From NCBI GenBank assembly GCA_003344405.1, contig NOWV01000230.1, positions 62,001-104,053 on the forward strand: DNA of 42,053 bases, read 5' to 3'. Every line of letters starts with the position of its first letter. Positions within the stretch are counted from its first letter, which is position 1. The DNA comes from Trichoplax sp. H2 (taxonomy: Eukaryota). Both the position numbers and the translations under genes were made by a program. Shown one piece after another: positions 22,526 through 35,619 of the stretch. The notes beneath the pieces are model-generated. The model made no database searches, was not told the origin of the DNA, and worked only from the letters and a program-made list of their open reading frames with translations.

Positions 22526-25399
22526 TTCCATATAGCATGAACCCAAACGTTTAATCTGGGTTCTAACTTAAGATTGTTTTTCTGTCTTAGTATTCAATGT
22601 AGAAATCTAGAATTTTCAACTGAAATATGATTAAATTAATTCAGTAATTTCGGAAATCTAGGGTATAATCTATTTACATCATGTGTGTTTGATTGCTAGT
22701 TTAATTTTGAGCAGTTTAGAATGATAATTGGATATTCTAATATCACCAAAAGCTCTGCATGGCATGTAAAAGGTGGCGTAGTTCGATAGTTTAGTACAGT
22801 TGAAAATAGATAAGACAAAAAGCCTAGGATAATTGTGAGTTATCTCTTTAATTAATATTGTAGTTTTTGGAGTAAGTAGTCCGGCACATATTTTGTTACT
22901 CCTTAAAGAATTTTGCTAAGATTGCTTTTAAAGTATAATAGAATGATAGTTGCCCCCTTATTTACTTCGTTTGGACTTCAGTCGTTGGTATTTTAACTTA
23001 GTTTTTTGTCCAACATTACTTATAAATCGCATGGAGACCGACTGATTGAATATATAAGTATTTAGTAAATTCAAATCAAGATGAATCGTCAAAGTTAGCA
23101 AAAATTATGGTAGTATGTTCGTATGTAAGTATTTGTCAGCTGTTATTTTACAGTAGTAACTTCAATAATACGAGTGATAATTTGGTGGGGGTCAGTATTC
23201 AGTAATATATTTGATATTGAACCTACTTGTTACGGTTTAAGATATTATGTGATAATGTTATTGAAGAAGAAATACACGGTTACGATTAGATAATCATAAA
23301 TATTATGATCTGTTAATATTGTGAGATTCAATCGTTAATGGACTTCCATTAACGAATGTGTAGAAGTAAGGTACTTAATATGCCAATGACATGTAATAAC
23401 CAAAATGGCGGTTGTCACACTTGTAGGGAATCTGTTAGATCTTAAATTGTTAATTGGCGCTATAATATTATTAGCGCATAATAATATCAATTATCACATA
23501 TTTGTTCGATAGTAATTAATAGGATTACAAAGTTATAGAAAAGACTAAGTTATGCATAAGAATAATTAATAGGTGGAAAAGGTGTAGATTTGATACAAGT
23601 ATATAAGAGGTTGTAATTTACCTCGCTAGGGAGGAGGAAAATACGGAGACCTAATAAAGTTAGTTTAGTAAATTTATCCAAACGCTTCTAGTCCGCCTTT
23701 ACTGTTGACTGAGGTCCTTCGCTGAAGTGGAGCGAGTAGTGACGCCTGGTGGCAGTTTTACGGTAGGACAGAGGAGAGTAGGATAAGTGTGGAACTGGAA
23801 TCCGATTGTTGCAAACGACGTTGTGACACTACTATAAAATTTATATCACCTGATGTTCCACGTACTGTACAGTAGTTGGGAAAAAGTTGGTAAAGAATAC
23901 CTATATAGAATGCTCCACATTATAGTTAGAGACTGTCCACATAGAATGATTGGTAAAGAATATTCCTGAAAGTTTATAAAACAAATTAGGCAATACCACA
24001 TAACTTTAACCCCAAATTTGCTCACTTAATTAAGGCAAACGATCAATCTAAATGATTAGACAATATAACACAAATTAAACCACGAAATTTGTTAGCTCAA
24101 TTTGATCAAATTCCTATCAGAGTATCCGATTACAAATGTTTTGTGTGAATTATAATTATAAACTCATAACCCTGTTACATAAGATAAATTATCTGGTTTA
24201 TCTAAGACGACTCGACTTTCTTGTATATCTTGGTTCCACATGGATTGTAAAAGTATAAGATGGGCGTTATTGCAGCAATTTCATTAACCGTTCATATTAT
24301 TTGTTGTAAATTACAAAGTGCAAGTTTTCTACAAATCTAGTGTACATAAGCATATTCAAAAGCAAACTATATCGCTTTATTATTTTCGTGAAGAGATTTA
24401 CGATATCTGTAGATTATATTAAGCAATTTAGATTATTTTATGCAGAAATTAGCAAATAGACTATCATTAACTTTCACATTACGACCTGATGATCGGATTA
24501 AGAGTAAATCCCTTGCAATAAACTATAAAAAGCTTTTAATTTCTTTAATAGAAAACAATATGGCTAATTCCATGCGGTGATACGAGTAATTATTAGATCA
24601 AAGGCAGCAGAGACAACGAATAAAATACTCCTCGTTCATTCTTTATAGAGCAATGTTACGTTTTCGAAGATCTTCTTTTACTCAGTAACAAGGAAGATTT
24701 CGTAATATCTTCTGATGAGTCTAGTAGAGCTAGAGTATTAAACTAAACTTTATTGTTTTAAAACAACGTTTAATAAATGAAGAGAACCGCCGCTAGCGTA
24801 CCTTGTTTTCGTCCTTTTGACTTTTGTTTTGACTTTTTAGAGCCAATCAAGTTCGCTATTGGCTCTTAGCTTCAACTCCTACTAAGTAGGTAATCCTCGG
24901 CTTGTGCTGTAACCAATCTAAATCAATCAACACGGGCAAACCATGATCTCGCAACCGGTCCAATATAGCGCTAACATTAAATTTAAAAATATCTAATTCC
25001 GATGCAGATCGTAATATTACAATACGATAAAACTGCTGCTGACGATATAATTTAATAACTCTTGACAGACGTAAATTTTACCGTCGAAAAATTCCCAGTT
25101 AGTATTATATGGTCTTCGCAAAGGATAGGATGTGTGTTATAGTACGTGTATAAGTTTTCCTATTGTGTTATTTCATCCGGGGAAGATGGTTAAGGACAGG
25201 GTATTAGTCGATTTATCCCGTGATATTTCGAATACTATTGTAATGAAATTTAAAGTGTAGAAACCAAGCTACTAAATTTCTAACAAACTATGATTCTACT
25301 TTCTTAGCATTCTGGTCGACTTTACAAAACTTTGACTCCAAATAAAATTGGGGAAACAACCGATCCATAATTTACTAAGAAAATATCAGAGAGTCTGAT

Positions 25400-25762
25400 C
25401 AAACAACCTTCCAAATACTTAATTATATGTATTATAAGTAACGAATTAAAAAATGACAGAACTAAAACTGTCATCAACCAAACAACCTAACAAGAAGGAG
25501 AATGCTTTGACTTAAAACAGTTCGACCCCAAAGGCCTTTAAATTTCAAAAAGTTCCTTAAAAGAATCTTCTTTTGCTCTCTGCTCTAAATCTTCTGATTG
25601 CACTATCATTTTTAGGCTTCGCAGAGCCCTTAAAGGTACTTAAATCGAAATATTTACTAACCAATCACTCTTAAGATCCATTTTAGAAAACTACTTTGAA
25701 CCACTTAAGAAAATAAAAATCATTCAAAGTTCAGACACAAATTGCCTTATGATTCCCTTAAA
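25400..25762 (+). repeat. Dispersed repeat with an inverted copy at ~39875-40230
   Basis: Shared blocks such as CTAACCAATC(A/G)CTCTTAAGATC..TTTTAGAAAACTACTTTG and TCATTCAAAGTTCAGA. Confidence 0.8.
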
Positions 25763-25769
25763 CTACGGT

Positions 25770-26280
25770 GAGACGCAAGCTATCTACAAGGAATCAGAGC
25801 AAAGAATCTGTGTTATCAAAAATCTGACGCAATTACTGTAGATAGAAGTCTTCGATGATATGTTAAAGCCCATAGTGTTATCGATCATGGTAGAGATTGT
25901 ATAGAGTATATATTACATTTTCTTATAATTTTCTTTTAATAAATAAATTGTTTTGTCGTTTCTAACTGATGAGATAAGAACACGATACGATAATATAAAG
26001 TCTGTTATAAGAGAATCGTAAACAATTCTATCGGAATCTTGCTGTAATAATATTTGAACATTTATGATAGCACATCATAATCCAATACTAACAGGCGATC
26101 TTAGTTCACGCCATCCTTTTTTCATTATACGAATTAGAAATTTCTATTGCAAAATTGAACATATGATTTTATTCTAGAAGTTGACAATGATTTGCAGGGA
26201 AATCAATTTATTTTACAGATAACGATAGCTACACTTAATACGGAGCCTACCCGAGACCTATATTCTACCGGTGAGAATCA
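25770..26280 (+). mobile_element. Decayed non-LTR retrotransposon (LINE) APE-endonuclease relic
   Basis: Degenerate motifs in the expected order: LQGIRAK...KSDAITV (25784-), PILTGDLSSRHP (26082-; cf. IxGDFNxxH) and TLNTEPTRDLYS (26231-; cf. LNxxPT...DL). Confidence 0.5.
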
Positions 26281-28064
26281 TCTTAATAAGAGATGTAGAA
26301 CACAATGTGTTCGAAACGTCCATCATGAAATAAAAGTATCACTATTATATATAAATCAACACTTAAGGTATTAAATTTAAATAGTTGATGTTAATACATG
26401 TATACTTAACTACGCACTAGTTAGGCTCGATTTTTCTACAATTAATAAAAAGATCTTTTGTTGTATATTTACGGAAGAAAATCAGCAATACTTATATATG
26501 AGAAGAAGAGTTTATTAACTAAATGAATAATTTAATGTTTCAATGATTGATTAAAGTATCTTATACCTTAATTGATGGAATAGTTACTAATAAATAAATT
26601 TAAAATTATATCCAGTCACTTAATAAACTATCGTAAAAATTAAAAGATTAAATTTAGCGAATTTAACATTTGTATATGGTGATTGCAATTAATTACTGAC
26701 AGTAGGAATCACTAAAGTTATAATATATTCAAGTGAATTGTATGATGTACTGTAATAAATAGAATGCAATTTTACTGAAATGATTCTGTGAATATACATA
26801 CTGTAATTTAACTTTTTAAAATTAGTCTGTAGACGTCCATATCTAGAAGTGCTATTGCAAGATGACTTATCAATGTAAGCTACCACCGAAGAAACTTTAA
26901 GCTCGGCAAACAGTTAAGTAAAATTAGTTCTTTAGTTGTGCAACAAAGAATCAAAGGCATTCAAGTTTTTGTGAATAGTCAAGGGATAATGTATTTCAGA
27001 GACTTTAGAAATGTAGTGATTTTTTTATGTGAATATCGTCATAAAGCTGGTTTGTGACGTATGTGCTCACTCTATAAAGAATAAAAGAGGAATATTTTAT
27101 TTGTTGTCTCTACTGTCTTGATCTATTATTTATCACTGCATGGAATAAGTTATGTTTTTTTCTATTGAGGAAGCTATATTGTTAACTATTAAAGAAAACA
27201 AAAGCGTTCTATAGTTTAATTATGCGAGATTTATCTTAATCCGATCATCAGTTCGTAATGTAACAGCTAATGATAATCTGTTTGCAACTATCTGCATAAA
27301 ATAATCTAAATTGGTTAATATAATCTACAGGCATCGTAAATCTCTCTAGGGAAATAGTAAAGCGATATAGTTTGCCTTCGAAAATGCTTATATACTCTAG
27401 ATTCGTAGAAAATTTGCATTTTGAAATCTACAACAAATAATATGAACGGTTAATGAAATATGAAAACTTTAATTGATAGCTGCAATAGCGCCATCTTATA
27501 CTTATGTTATGTGCTCCATTTCCCTGAATAATTGAAGATATAACTTCAGTCGAGCATGTTCAGCTCACCCATTTAGATTTTTACATCCGTATATCCAATC
27601 ACGAAAGATTATAGAACAATTTCTTATCTCAGACAATTAACGTAGAAATATTTGTTTTTATCATTTATTGATTTGCTAATAGAGAAGCATTACAGCTAAT
27701 AAATTTAAGGTTTAGTGAGTGATTAATATCAAAAGGAGCTTCCAAGATGTTTAAAATTGCGAAGTTAAGGTTAGCTATCCGTCGTCAAGTTATCTATATA
27801 TAGACTTGAATTACTTACATAATATTATGTAGTACATGCGAAATAAATATGATTCATTTATGCCAAAATGTAATAAAGCATCTTCTCAAAAATAAAGTAA
27901 GAACTATCATTTCTTGTAATCTTAACTTTATTACATAAGTTAGGCTCATCTAACCAATTACAGTACTTCTAAGGTAGAATGCGTGTAAAGAGGGTAGAAA
28001 TGCGAACTATAATTATTAGGAGGGAGGGTGGAATACTAGTAACCATGGATGGTATCTTTATATA

Positions 28065-30401
28065 TTATACTTGATAATTACGGTCTATAATCGAAGATTT
28101 TGAACAAACGTTATCCATAATATATGTCTGGTTTCTATCTATCTCATCCCAATGTAGAGATTTATCTACTTCTTTATAATCTGGATAGTTCTCGTTGTCA
28201 ATTAAATAAGTGACACACGATCGTAGAAAATATCCTGATTTCTGTAAACGTTTAGAATAACCATAGTACATCGTTTTAGATTGCGTAGAAGGTATACATG
28301 AATCGAGTAGATCACCATTAACAAGATTAATACTATTAGTTGAAGCACTAGCACAACTTTGATTAGCGCGCATAATCCATGGACCATGATAACTAGTAAA
28401 TTGCCCAAATATAAAATACCTATCATCAAGCGAGACAAAATGTTGACTCTTTGTCTGACTATAAATGACTTCGTGTAATTCATATGCAAGTCTACCAATA
28501 TTTGATGACATAGTAACAACTAAATAATCACACTCGGCTAGTAGAAATACATCTCGAATAAAGTATTTTAACGCAGTTTGCTGTATATCTTTTGTTTGGT
28601 GAACCTAAATTTAATTGATTTTTTGGAGGATGAACAAATTGATAGTTTGGATACTTTGCTATTAGTTGATCAACAAGTTGTGGCTCATCAGTGACTACAA
28701 ATATTCGCTTTTTAAAATTGACTTTTTGACTAACTAAACGATCATAGAATGCTTTGACTTTGATGATGTATTTGTCAATATTGAAGAGCCTTGTCTCAAG
28801 CTTTTTATCAGTATGTCTAATATGGAGACCAACAATCGGCGATTGAAATCGTAATTTTTTCCTAGATTGATCGATAAATTGCTTAAACTTATCATTTGGT
28901 CGTACAATGTATTTAGATAATAATCCTATCCACCAAGCTATAGGCTTATATTTAAAGTTGATAGCGTTATAAAAGAGTTCAGAAGGCATCGTATTATGAC
29001 AAATTTTGGGAATATGTTGTTTCTGTCGCTCTATCAGAACATTATGCATTAATCGAATAATGGATATATTGTGGCTATAAATTGATTCATTTTTAAATTT
29101 AGGCCATGTTACTGCAATCTTAGAATCATAATCTGTAAGTTTACACTTTGAAATAGGTTGAAATAAATCTTCAAATCCATTTACACCTTCTGAGCTCATA
29201 GGTCTAACACCTTTCAAATACTCCCATTTCTTGAGATCAATCACCATAGTACGATTAGTATTATAGGCAAAATTTAAGCAATAAGACCAGTGATGAATTG
29301 TCGACCCCATTCCAGCACCCCATGCATCACAAATAACTTTTTTAGTAGTCGAACAATCGATAGGATACTGTAAATAATCGAGATGATTACGAACAGTTTC
29401 GGAGAGATCCAAGCATTTTATTTTCAGCAAGAATAATAAAAACTGCATTAATAATGTAATCAAATACATAACTATTTCTCTTATCGTATCTACAAGTATT
29501 GATTTAAAATCAAGCCACAATATTCTTACCCAATTCGTACTTGCTTTCGAAGGTTGATGAGGTTTGTCTTTTGACTTTTCATTTAACTTTGGTGTATTCT
29601 GAATCGATGTATTTGAAACAGGTTCTAATCGAATCTTTAATGTTGGATGAATTGTGTTTTGGACAATAACAGATCCCTTTTTTGATGTTTGCATCGGTTT
29701 ATGCTTAAAAGTAGATGATTGCATTTCATATGTCGATATTCGATTAATAAGTGAATTAGGCTGAGTATTCAGTTTACTATTAGTTTTACTTCTAGATTTA
29801 TGTTGCGAAGTAGAAGCCGATGAAGAAATGCTATTATAGTCGAGAAAAGAGGTGGGATTGACAATAGTTTTAGCTGTAGCTTTGGATGTTCGAGATGAGC
29901 GTAATATTTTGGCGATGCTAGATGTAGATTTAGCAATCATTTTTGTCATCAATCGAAAAGTTTTAGGATCGATAGACGTTCTAATTTTATTATTAGATTT
30001 AGTAGCTAATGTAGAAATTGGAGCATTTCTGGATATCGATTTCGAAACTAACTTTGATAGATAACTTTTAGTAGGATTTAGTTTTCCTTTTAATAGACGA
30101 CAGCTTGTGATAATAGAAACTGAAGTAATACCTGCTTTCGATTTTGAATTTTGGCGAATTGTTACACGATATTTTGTAGACGCAGCAACCACACTTCGAG
30201 CAGTGTTAAATTTACGAATTGATCGGAGATAAGAAGCGATAGTCGGCTTAGGGTGACGAACTGATTTAAGATTTTTCGATATTGAATTTATTTTGGAACC
30301 AGTTACATTATTCACAATAAGCTTTAATGTCGATTTCGATTTGGATATAGGATTAGATGCAGGTTTTTTGTCTTTATAAGCTGAAGCATTCCTATCCTTA
30401 T
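28065..30401 (-). pseudogene. FUT8-like (GT23) fucosyltransferase with long Ser/Thr/Lys-rich stem exon; +1 frameshift (young pseudogene or sequence error)
   Basis: Stem exon 30401-29530 (phase 1-0, donor GTAAGA); catalytic exon from 29442 (or 29424) to 28065 with [30 protein letters not shown] and KRIFVVTDEP. Removing an extra A at ~28577-28579 restores [24 protein letters not shown] and joins ORFs 28528-30315 and 28065-28511. No signal-anchor exon found. Confidence 0.85.
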
Positions 30402-30789
30402 CTAGTAAATTATACCAGAGAGAGATTAGACATCGTTGAATAGATTAACGGTGTGCAATCTTAATTTGCTGTACTTAATTTCGACAATTTTTACTGTATT
30501 CTCGTTTATATTAGTATAACACAAAATATTATATTTTATTAGCATTTGACAAATTGATAAATGTGATAACTAGACAATGATTTTATATTGATAGTAATGA
30601 ATTATTATGTTTTGATCTGCGGATTAAAATGATTTCGTAAAGAGGGCGAATTCGAAACAGTATGGGATATGCTTGTCACGGTACGAACTACCGTGAAGAA
30701 ATAGATATCTAAATTTGGTTAATATAATATAGTGATATTATATTACAACTAGTCACTTACAATAGGAATTACTCTAATTATAAATGTGT

Positions 30790-30809
30790 NNNNNNNNNNN
30801 NNNNNNNNN
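30790..30809. other. Assembly gap (20 N)
   Basis: Run of 20 n characters. Confidence 1.
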
Positions 30810-30978
30810 CGGACACTTCCATCAATCATGTCTTTATTACCTTGCAGATAATCAAGACTATCCAGATTATAGCAAATCAGACGGATGGTATCAGCGGCAT
30901 ATACCTGATATGAAAAGAATATCTACATTAGGAAATATTTGCATGAAATCGTCGATAACTGACATTGGTGTAATATAA
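30810..30978 (+). CDS. 3' end of a FUT8-like gene emerging from the gap (nearly identical to 22000-22168)
   Basis: GHFHQSCLYYLADNQDYPDY...NICMKSSITDIGVI*; one amino acid difference (Q/R) from the 22-kb copy. Confidence 0.7.
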
Positions 30979-31336
30979 ATTTACTCTATAAAAAGTATCC
31001 CATAAGTGAGATACTACGTTGGTTAAAATGAGAATTTTTTATAGTCATTTAATAGTTACTTACTGTTCAAGGGGCCATTCCAGTTTTAAACTACATGTGT
31101 ATTAATTTCTTTATTTTATAATTATAATTGACCTCATTTGAAAATGCATTAGTGCTGTATATTGTAAACCAGACTTTTTATATTTTAGGTTAGAATTTAT
31201 GATAATCAGTACCATAATTTTTTGTTAAGATACTGTGAGTTTGTAATTCAAGCGATGTACTCGTATTTAGTCAATCGAATAAATATGTGCTAATTTTGAT
31301 CATTAATTACAGTAGAACATAAAAGTTACTTTATAA

Positions 31337-31730
31337 CTATGCTACTTTTTTTGACATTAGCATTGACAGTTGATGTTTTAGCGTGAAGTTGTACGATAAC
31401 TGTACGATTATAGCCAACATTATAGTGCTTTACTGTCATGTTATAAATCTCCTTTCTCTGTAGATAGAAATTTGTTACTAAGTCAAATTCATGTATAATC
31501 TCAGTATACTATGAAACGTCCTTTCTTTAGATTAGACGATTGCTCTTAGATTATTCCTATAGTAATCTATATAATATTTTGTAAATTAATGAAGATGAAA
31601 AGATGGCGACATAAAGATTTGGCAGGGTAAAACTAAAAGATTTTGTGACTTTCTAGGTATTTTCTATAGTAAATTAAAATAGTTACATACTAAAAGCTAT
31701 AAAGAACTCTGCTTTTAGTCCTTTAATACA
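31337..31730 (+). repeat. ~400-bp dispersed repeat with an inverted copy at ~39028-39440
   Basis: GAAAAGATGGCGACATAAAGATTTGGCAGGGTAAAACT vs AGTTTTACCCTGCCAAATCATCATGTCGCCATCTTTTC; TTGTTACTAAGTCAAATTCA vs TGAATTTGACTTAGTAACAA. Confidence 0.85.
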
Positions 31731-33859
31731 CTATATTTGAACATTTTGCATTATAATTAAATTAATGTAGATGAGCATTTAGAATACATTGTGTTGTTAT
31801 AGATCACTTATTTACGTGACTCTCATCGGTAAAATTTATGCTTTCTGTAGCTTCTACTTCGTATTAAGTTAGGCTATTATAATTAGTAAATAAAATCACT
31901 TCCCAGTACACAATTGCAAATTTCTAGCATAATATCGTATCTTCCATCTTATTATAGAAATTTCAAACCGGTTAAACGTAGAAAGCATGAAATAACTTCA
32001 AAGTTATCCGTTAGTACCATATTGCAGCTAATAGCAACATTTCGCAATAGGTCATATTTCATCGCAGCGCAGCGAGGATTCTGACGTCTATACAGCGCCT
32101 CTAGTACTTACATGTTTACTGTATTTGAATTCGGCCTTTTGTTAATATGATCATGACTAGCGCTATAGGTGGTATTGTTCTGTATCACTATTTAAGAGAA
32201 TTTTATGAATAATTGTCACGATCAAATTAAAGAAAAGCCTAGCCAAGGTGACGAGAATCTAAATATAAGTTGGAAATTTGCATTGAGGCACATAATGCTC
32301 ATCCATCTGCATTATCTACGTTATAACTGATCTTTTCATTCAGTTATTCGTTCCAATATACGCGTAGTCTATTAGAACCAGCCCATGTGGTATATTCCAG
32401 AGCAGGGACATAGTCTGGGCTGTTACCCGGTACCAGTTAGAACACATAGAAATGGTTATGTTTGGCTCTTTATTAATTTAGTGCAGAGGTTCAGAAGTAG
32501 CCGGATTTATAAAATTAAAAAGTGGGATATTCTGTATCAGTGAGTAATTCCGATTTATTTTTTATGAAATAGTTGGACTAAGCGAATAATTCTAGAGCTT
32601 TTGCGTATTTGTTTAATTAATCTGTTAACGTTTATAAGTCCATTCGAAGCTATTCGTTAATGGCGATAAATCATGGCTTTTTCATTACTACTTTTTTTCA
32701 TGTTATGTTAGACAATATTCATCTCTATTTCATAATTTAGAGGCTAAAGTCCAGTATACATAGAGATAGAATACTTTTCATTCGAATTTGTATTAGAGTT
32801 TTCTAGTAGGTGGGATACTGATGCACGTAAGTTTAAGTATTCATGTGTTTCAAATCGAAATTTGTAACGAGGAAAAGTTAAAACTATTATATAAATTATT
32901 CTACGAGTCTACCATCAGGTTGTTCTCCCTGACATTAACCTACAGTACGACTCTAAATACCGATGATCACCTATCATCAGAAGGAACAGTAACACCACTA
33001 ATCTCTCTTAGACTTAACTGAACCCAAACTTTATTGAAAAATTAGTTAAATTATAGTGAATCGATATTAACATAAATTATCAGTTTCTTGATAATAATAT
33101 AAAACTATACAATTGTCTATTAAAAATATGTAAAACTTCAAAGATAGCGGTATGTAAATACATTCCTAGAAAGATTATCTTATGAAATCTATGTTACGAT
33201 AGCTACGTAAAAGTTACTCCGTAACAACATGTGATTAAAAGCGCTGCCGCATCTCTGGACAAACAGCACAGTTCTGATATTTGGTCTTCCTGAGACCAAA
33301 ATTTGCTACATGAAGCGGCTAGTTTTCATGATAATTAGCTTAAACAAGAGATCATTGCTAGAAGTTCAACTACATTTGATGTAGCATTAGAACCATTTAT
33401 CGAAAAGTAAAATAATGCAATTTATTATCCGTAAAATATGTGAAAAATAATCTGATAATAATTTATTAGGGAATAGACGTAGATTATTTGATTCTGGGTT
33501 GAGCGAAGAAACTGCCTATTTTTTCAAAATTTAGGGATGAAACTCGAACCAGAAATACCTCCTTGAAATGTAGAATTGATAACACTACTTTAAGTAAAGA
33601 AGCAGTTCAATTCAATAATACTATCCATAATTAACATGCAATTATTATTGATGTCTTATTTCACTAGTTATGATCGACATTTTTCCTACCAACTTCATAG
33701 TTACAATAGTTCTACGAAGAAACGATATACGAAATAGCAGAACACACAACCAGAACAAGATGATTTCTAGCAGATCGTCAAATACTATACAGAATAATAA
33801 AATACTTTATAATCATTATTAAAATAGGATGCATAGCATTATTGTGTTTACATACGACA

Positions 33860-34620
33860 AGAAGCTTTATACTAGTCATAAAGATTATCATATGAGCTTC
33901 CTAAAGATTTATTATGAAAGGATTGATATGCCAACATCAAACGATGCAATCTCCTATAGAACAACAGGGATTGCAGCTGCCCGAAGGTCTTGCTAAGGGT
34001 GTTATGCTATTAAATACAGGTGTAGTAGCGGGTAGAATATTTTACAAGAGAAGGATCATTTTGACATTATAGGAAGTTAGTCATATTCATTAGATATTGA
34101 CCAGGTTCGCCTAATCTTCTGTAAACATCATAGTACACCAATAAATAGTTTTCTCTCCCTATAATTTATTACTTGACTATTTCGCTATGAAAATAATCAT
34201 AATTTCTTTCTCAACTCTATAGGGCCTTTAATTAATTATTAAATACGTAAGATCAATTTAGTAGACACTAGAATAACAGCTTTTGTTAATAGATATATAA
34301 TTAATAGCATTAGTTACGGTATTGAATATGAAGTTTATTTCTTGGCTTAAAGCTGTTAATTTAGCGTAGAAATAACTGCTAACTACTGATACTGTTAATA
34401 ACGTTTAATTGAGTTCGGAGAAGCTGATGGGAACCTCGACTAATGTACTGTATTTTACGTCTAATTAAACTGATATACCGCAATGGGAATCTCTAGTGGC
34501 TTAACTTGCGTCCTTTCATTCGCACTTCGTTTACATTAATGAAAAACCATTGTTAACTTAACTTGCGTTTTTTCCTTAGTACATCTGATCCTACTAAAAT
34601 CCGATCTCGGCTAATGCAAA
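33860..34620 (-). mobile_element. Highly decayed LINE ORF2 (RT / C-terminal region) relic
   Basis: Minus-strand fragments in LINE order: Y*GKTQV / VNNGFS (~34580-34540) and FNSITPL/fs/KTFGQLQSLLFYRRLHRLMLAYQSFHN (~34015-33910; cf. ITPxLxxLxWLxxxxRRxxxxLxLxYKxxHN). Confidence 0.4.
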
Positions 34621-35619
34621 CGTAATAAAAATGTGGAATTAATTCTTTGGGAAGACTGCATAATAATAGATAAAATTATTAATACCAGTTGTTTCTCTGT
34701 TAGAGCGAGCATGTTCGTATTAAACTGCTCGCATTTGTATGATTAAGTAGGTAATCATCTTAAAGATGCGATACATATGATATAATTAAAGTATTACAGT
34801 CGGATATTACTGAACAAATTACAACATTAACAGCCACTTTAGGTACCACCGCAGCGAAGATAATCAAACGGCATCCACACTTTAGCAGTGATCATCCAAT
34901 CTACTCATATGACAGCTGTATCTGAACTTTTTACAAATGTTGAAATAAAACTTATCCAGTCTTAATGAAATATTTTGTAGCAAATTAATAATCCGATCCC
35001 AATTTTTTATACACTATTTCAGATTATTACCGTACTAGCAGTATCAACAAAGCGAAGAGGTAATGCATATTGTTAGTAAAAAAGAATACGTATAATTTTC
35101 ATTACTAGTTTACAAAGTGATCCAATCTTATGCATGAAGCTGCTTAAATTTTATTGAAAACTCTCTAAAACAATCTCATTATGTTTGTTTAGAGTATGAT
35201 AAAGTCATATTCGTAACAGTATCGATGATTCATATGTCATATTATAGAAGTCATACAACATGATCATTATTACTATAACTATGGACCACTAAAAGTACCT
35301 TCGAAGGTATTTTTAGTAGTTTATGCCATTACAATTTATACAGATACTGTACATTGTATTTTACAGTACGATATAGTAAAATCTCAGTACATTGTACTGT
35401 GTCGTATTTCGCATGTTGGATGGAGCGATTGAGTTTGCTCAGAAGTAGTTCTGTCATCAAAACAAGATGGCTTCCGATGCTTACTTAAAATGGCGATAGG
35501 CCACTGGGGAATAATAAAATTTCGTTTAAATTTAGGCCATTTAGTCCATTTGAGGATAGTCTAAACTGTAGTGATGATGCATTTTGAAAATCTTAGCAAA
35601 GCTGTTTTTCGATATGGTC

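Larger units (their letters stand above)
24251..27503. repeat. Pair of ~320-bp diverged inverted repeats (24251-24570 and ~27170-27503) enclosing ~2.6 kb
   Basis: TTTCATTAACCGTTCATATTATTTGTTGTA vs TACAACAAATAATATGAACGGTTAATGAAA; CTGATGATCGGATTAAGA vs TCTTAATCCGATCATCAG. No clear TSD. Confidence 0.85.

Noticed and set aside
22700..23900. Strand-biased region with a faint LINE-like minus-strand frame (TTRSTSAKDL...VWINL)
   Set aside because: Too degenerate to support a call by eye.
28202..28519. Alternate-frame or antisense ORFs over FUT8-like genes (also 29852-30064 and 37932-38138)
   Set aside because: Shadows of real coding sequence.
30676..30696. Short hairpins (here TCACGGTA-CGAAC-TACCGTGA; others near 19970-20001, 23335-23356 and 35288-35317)
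   Set aside because: Eukaryotic context, so not terminators; no Helitron CTRR end or shared sequence to unite them.
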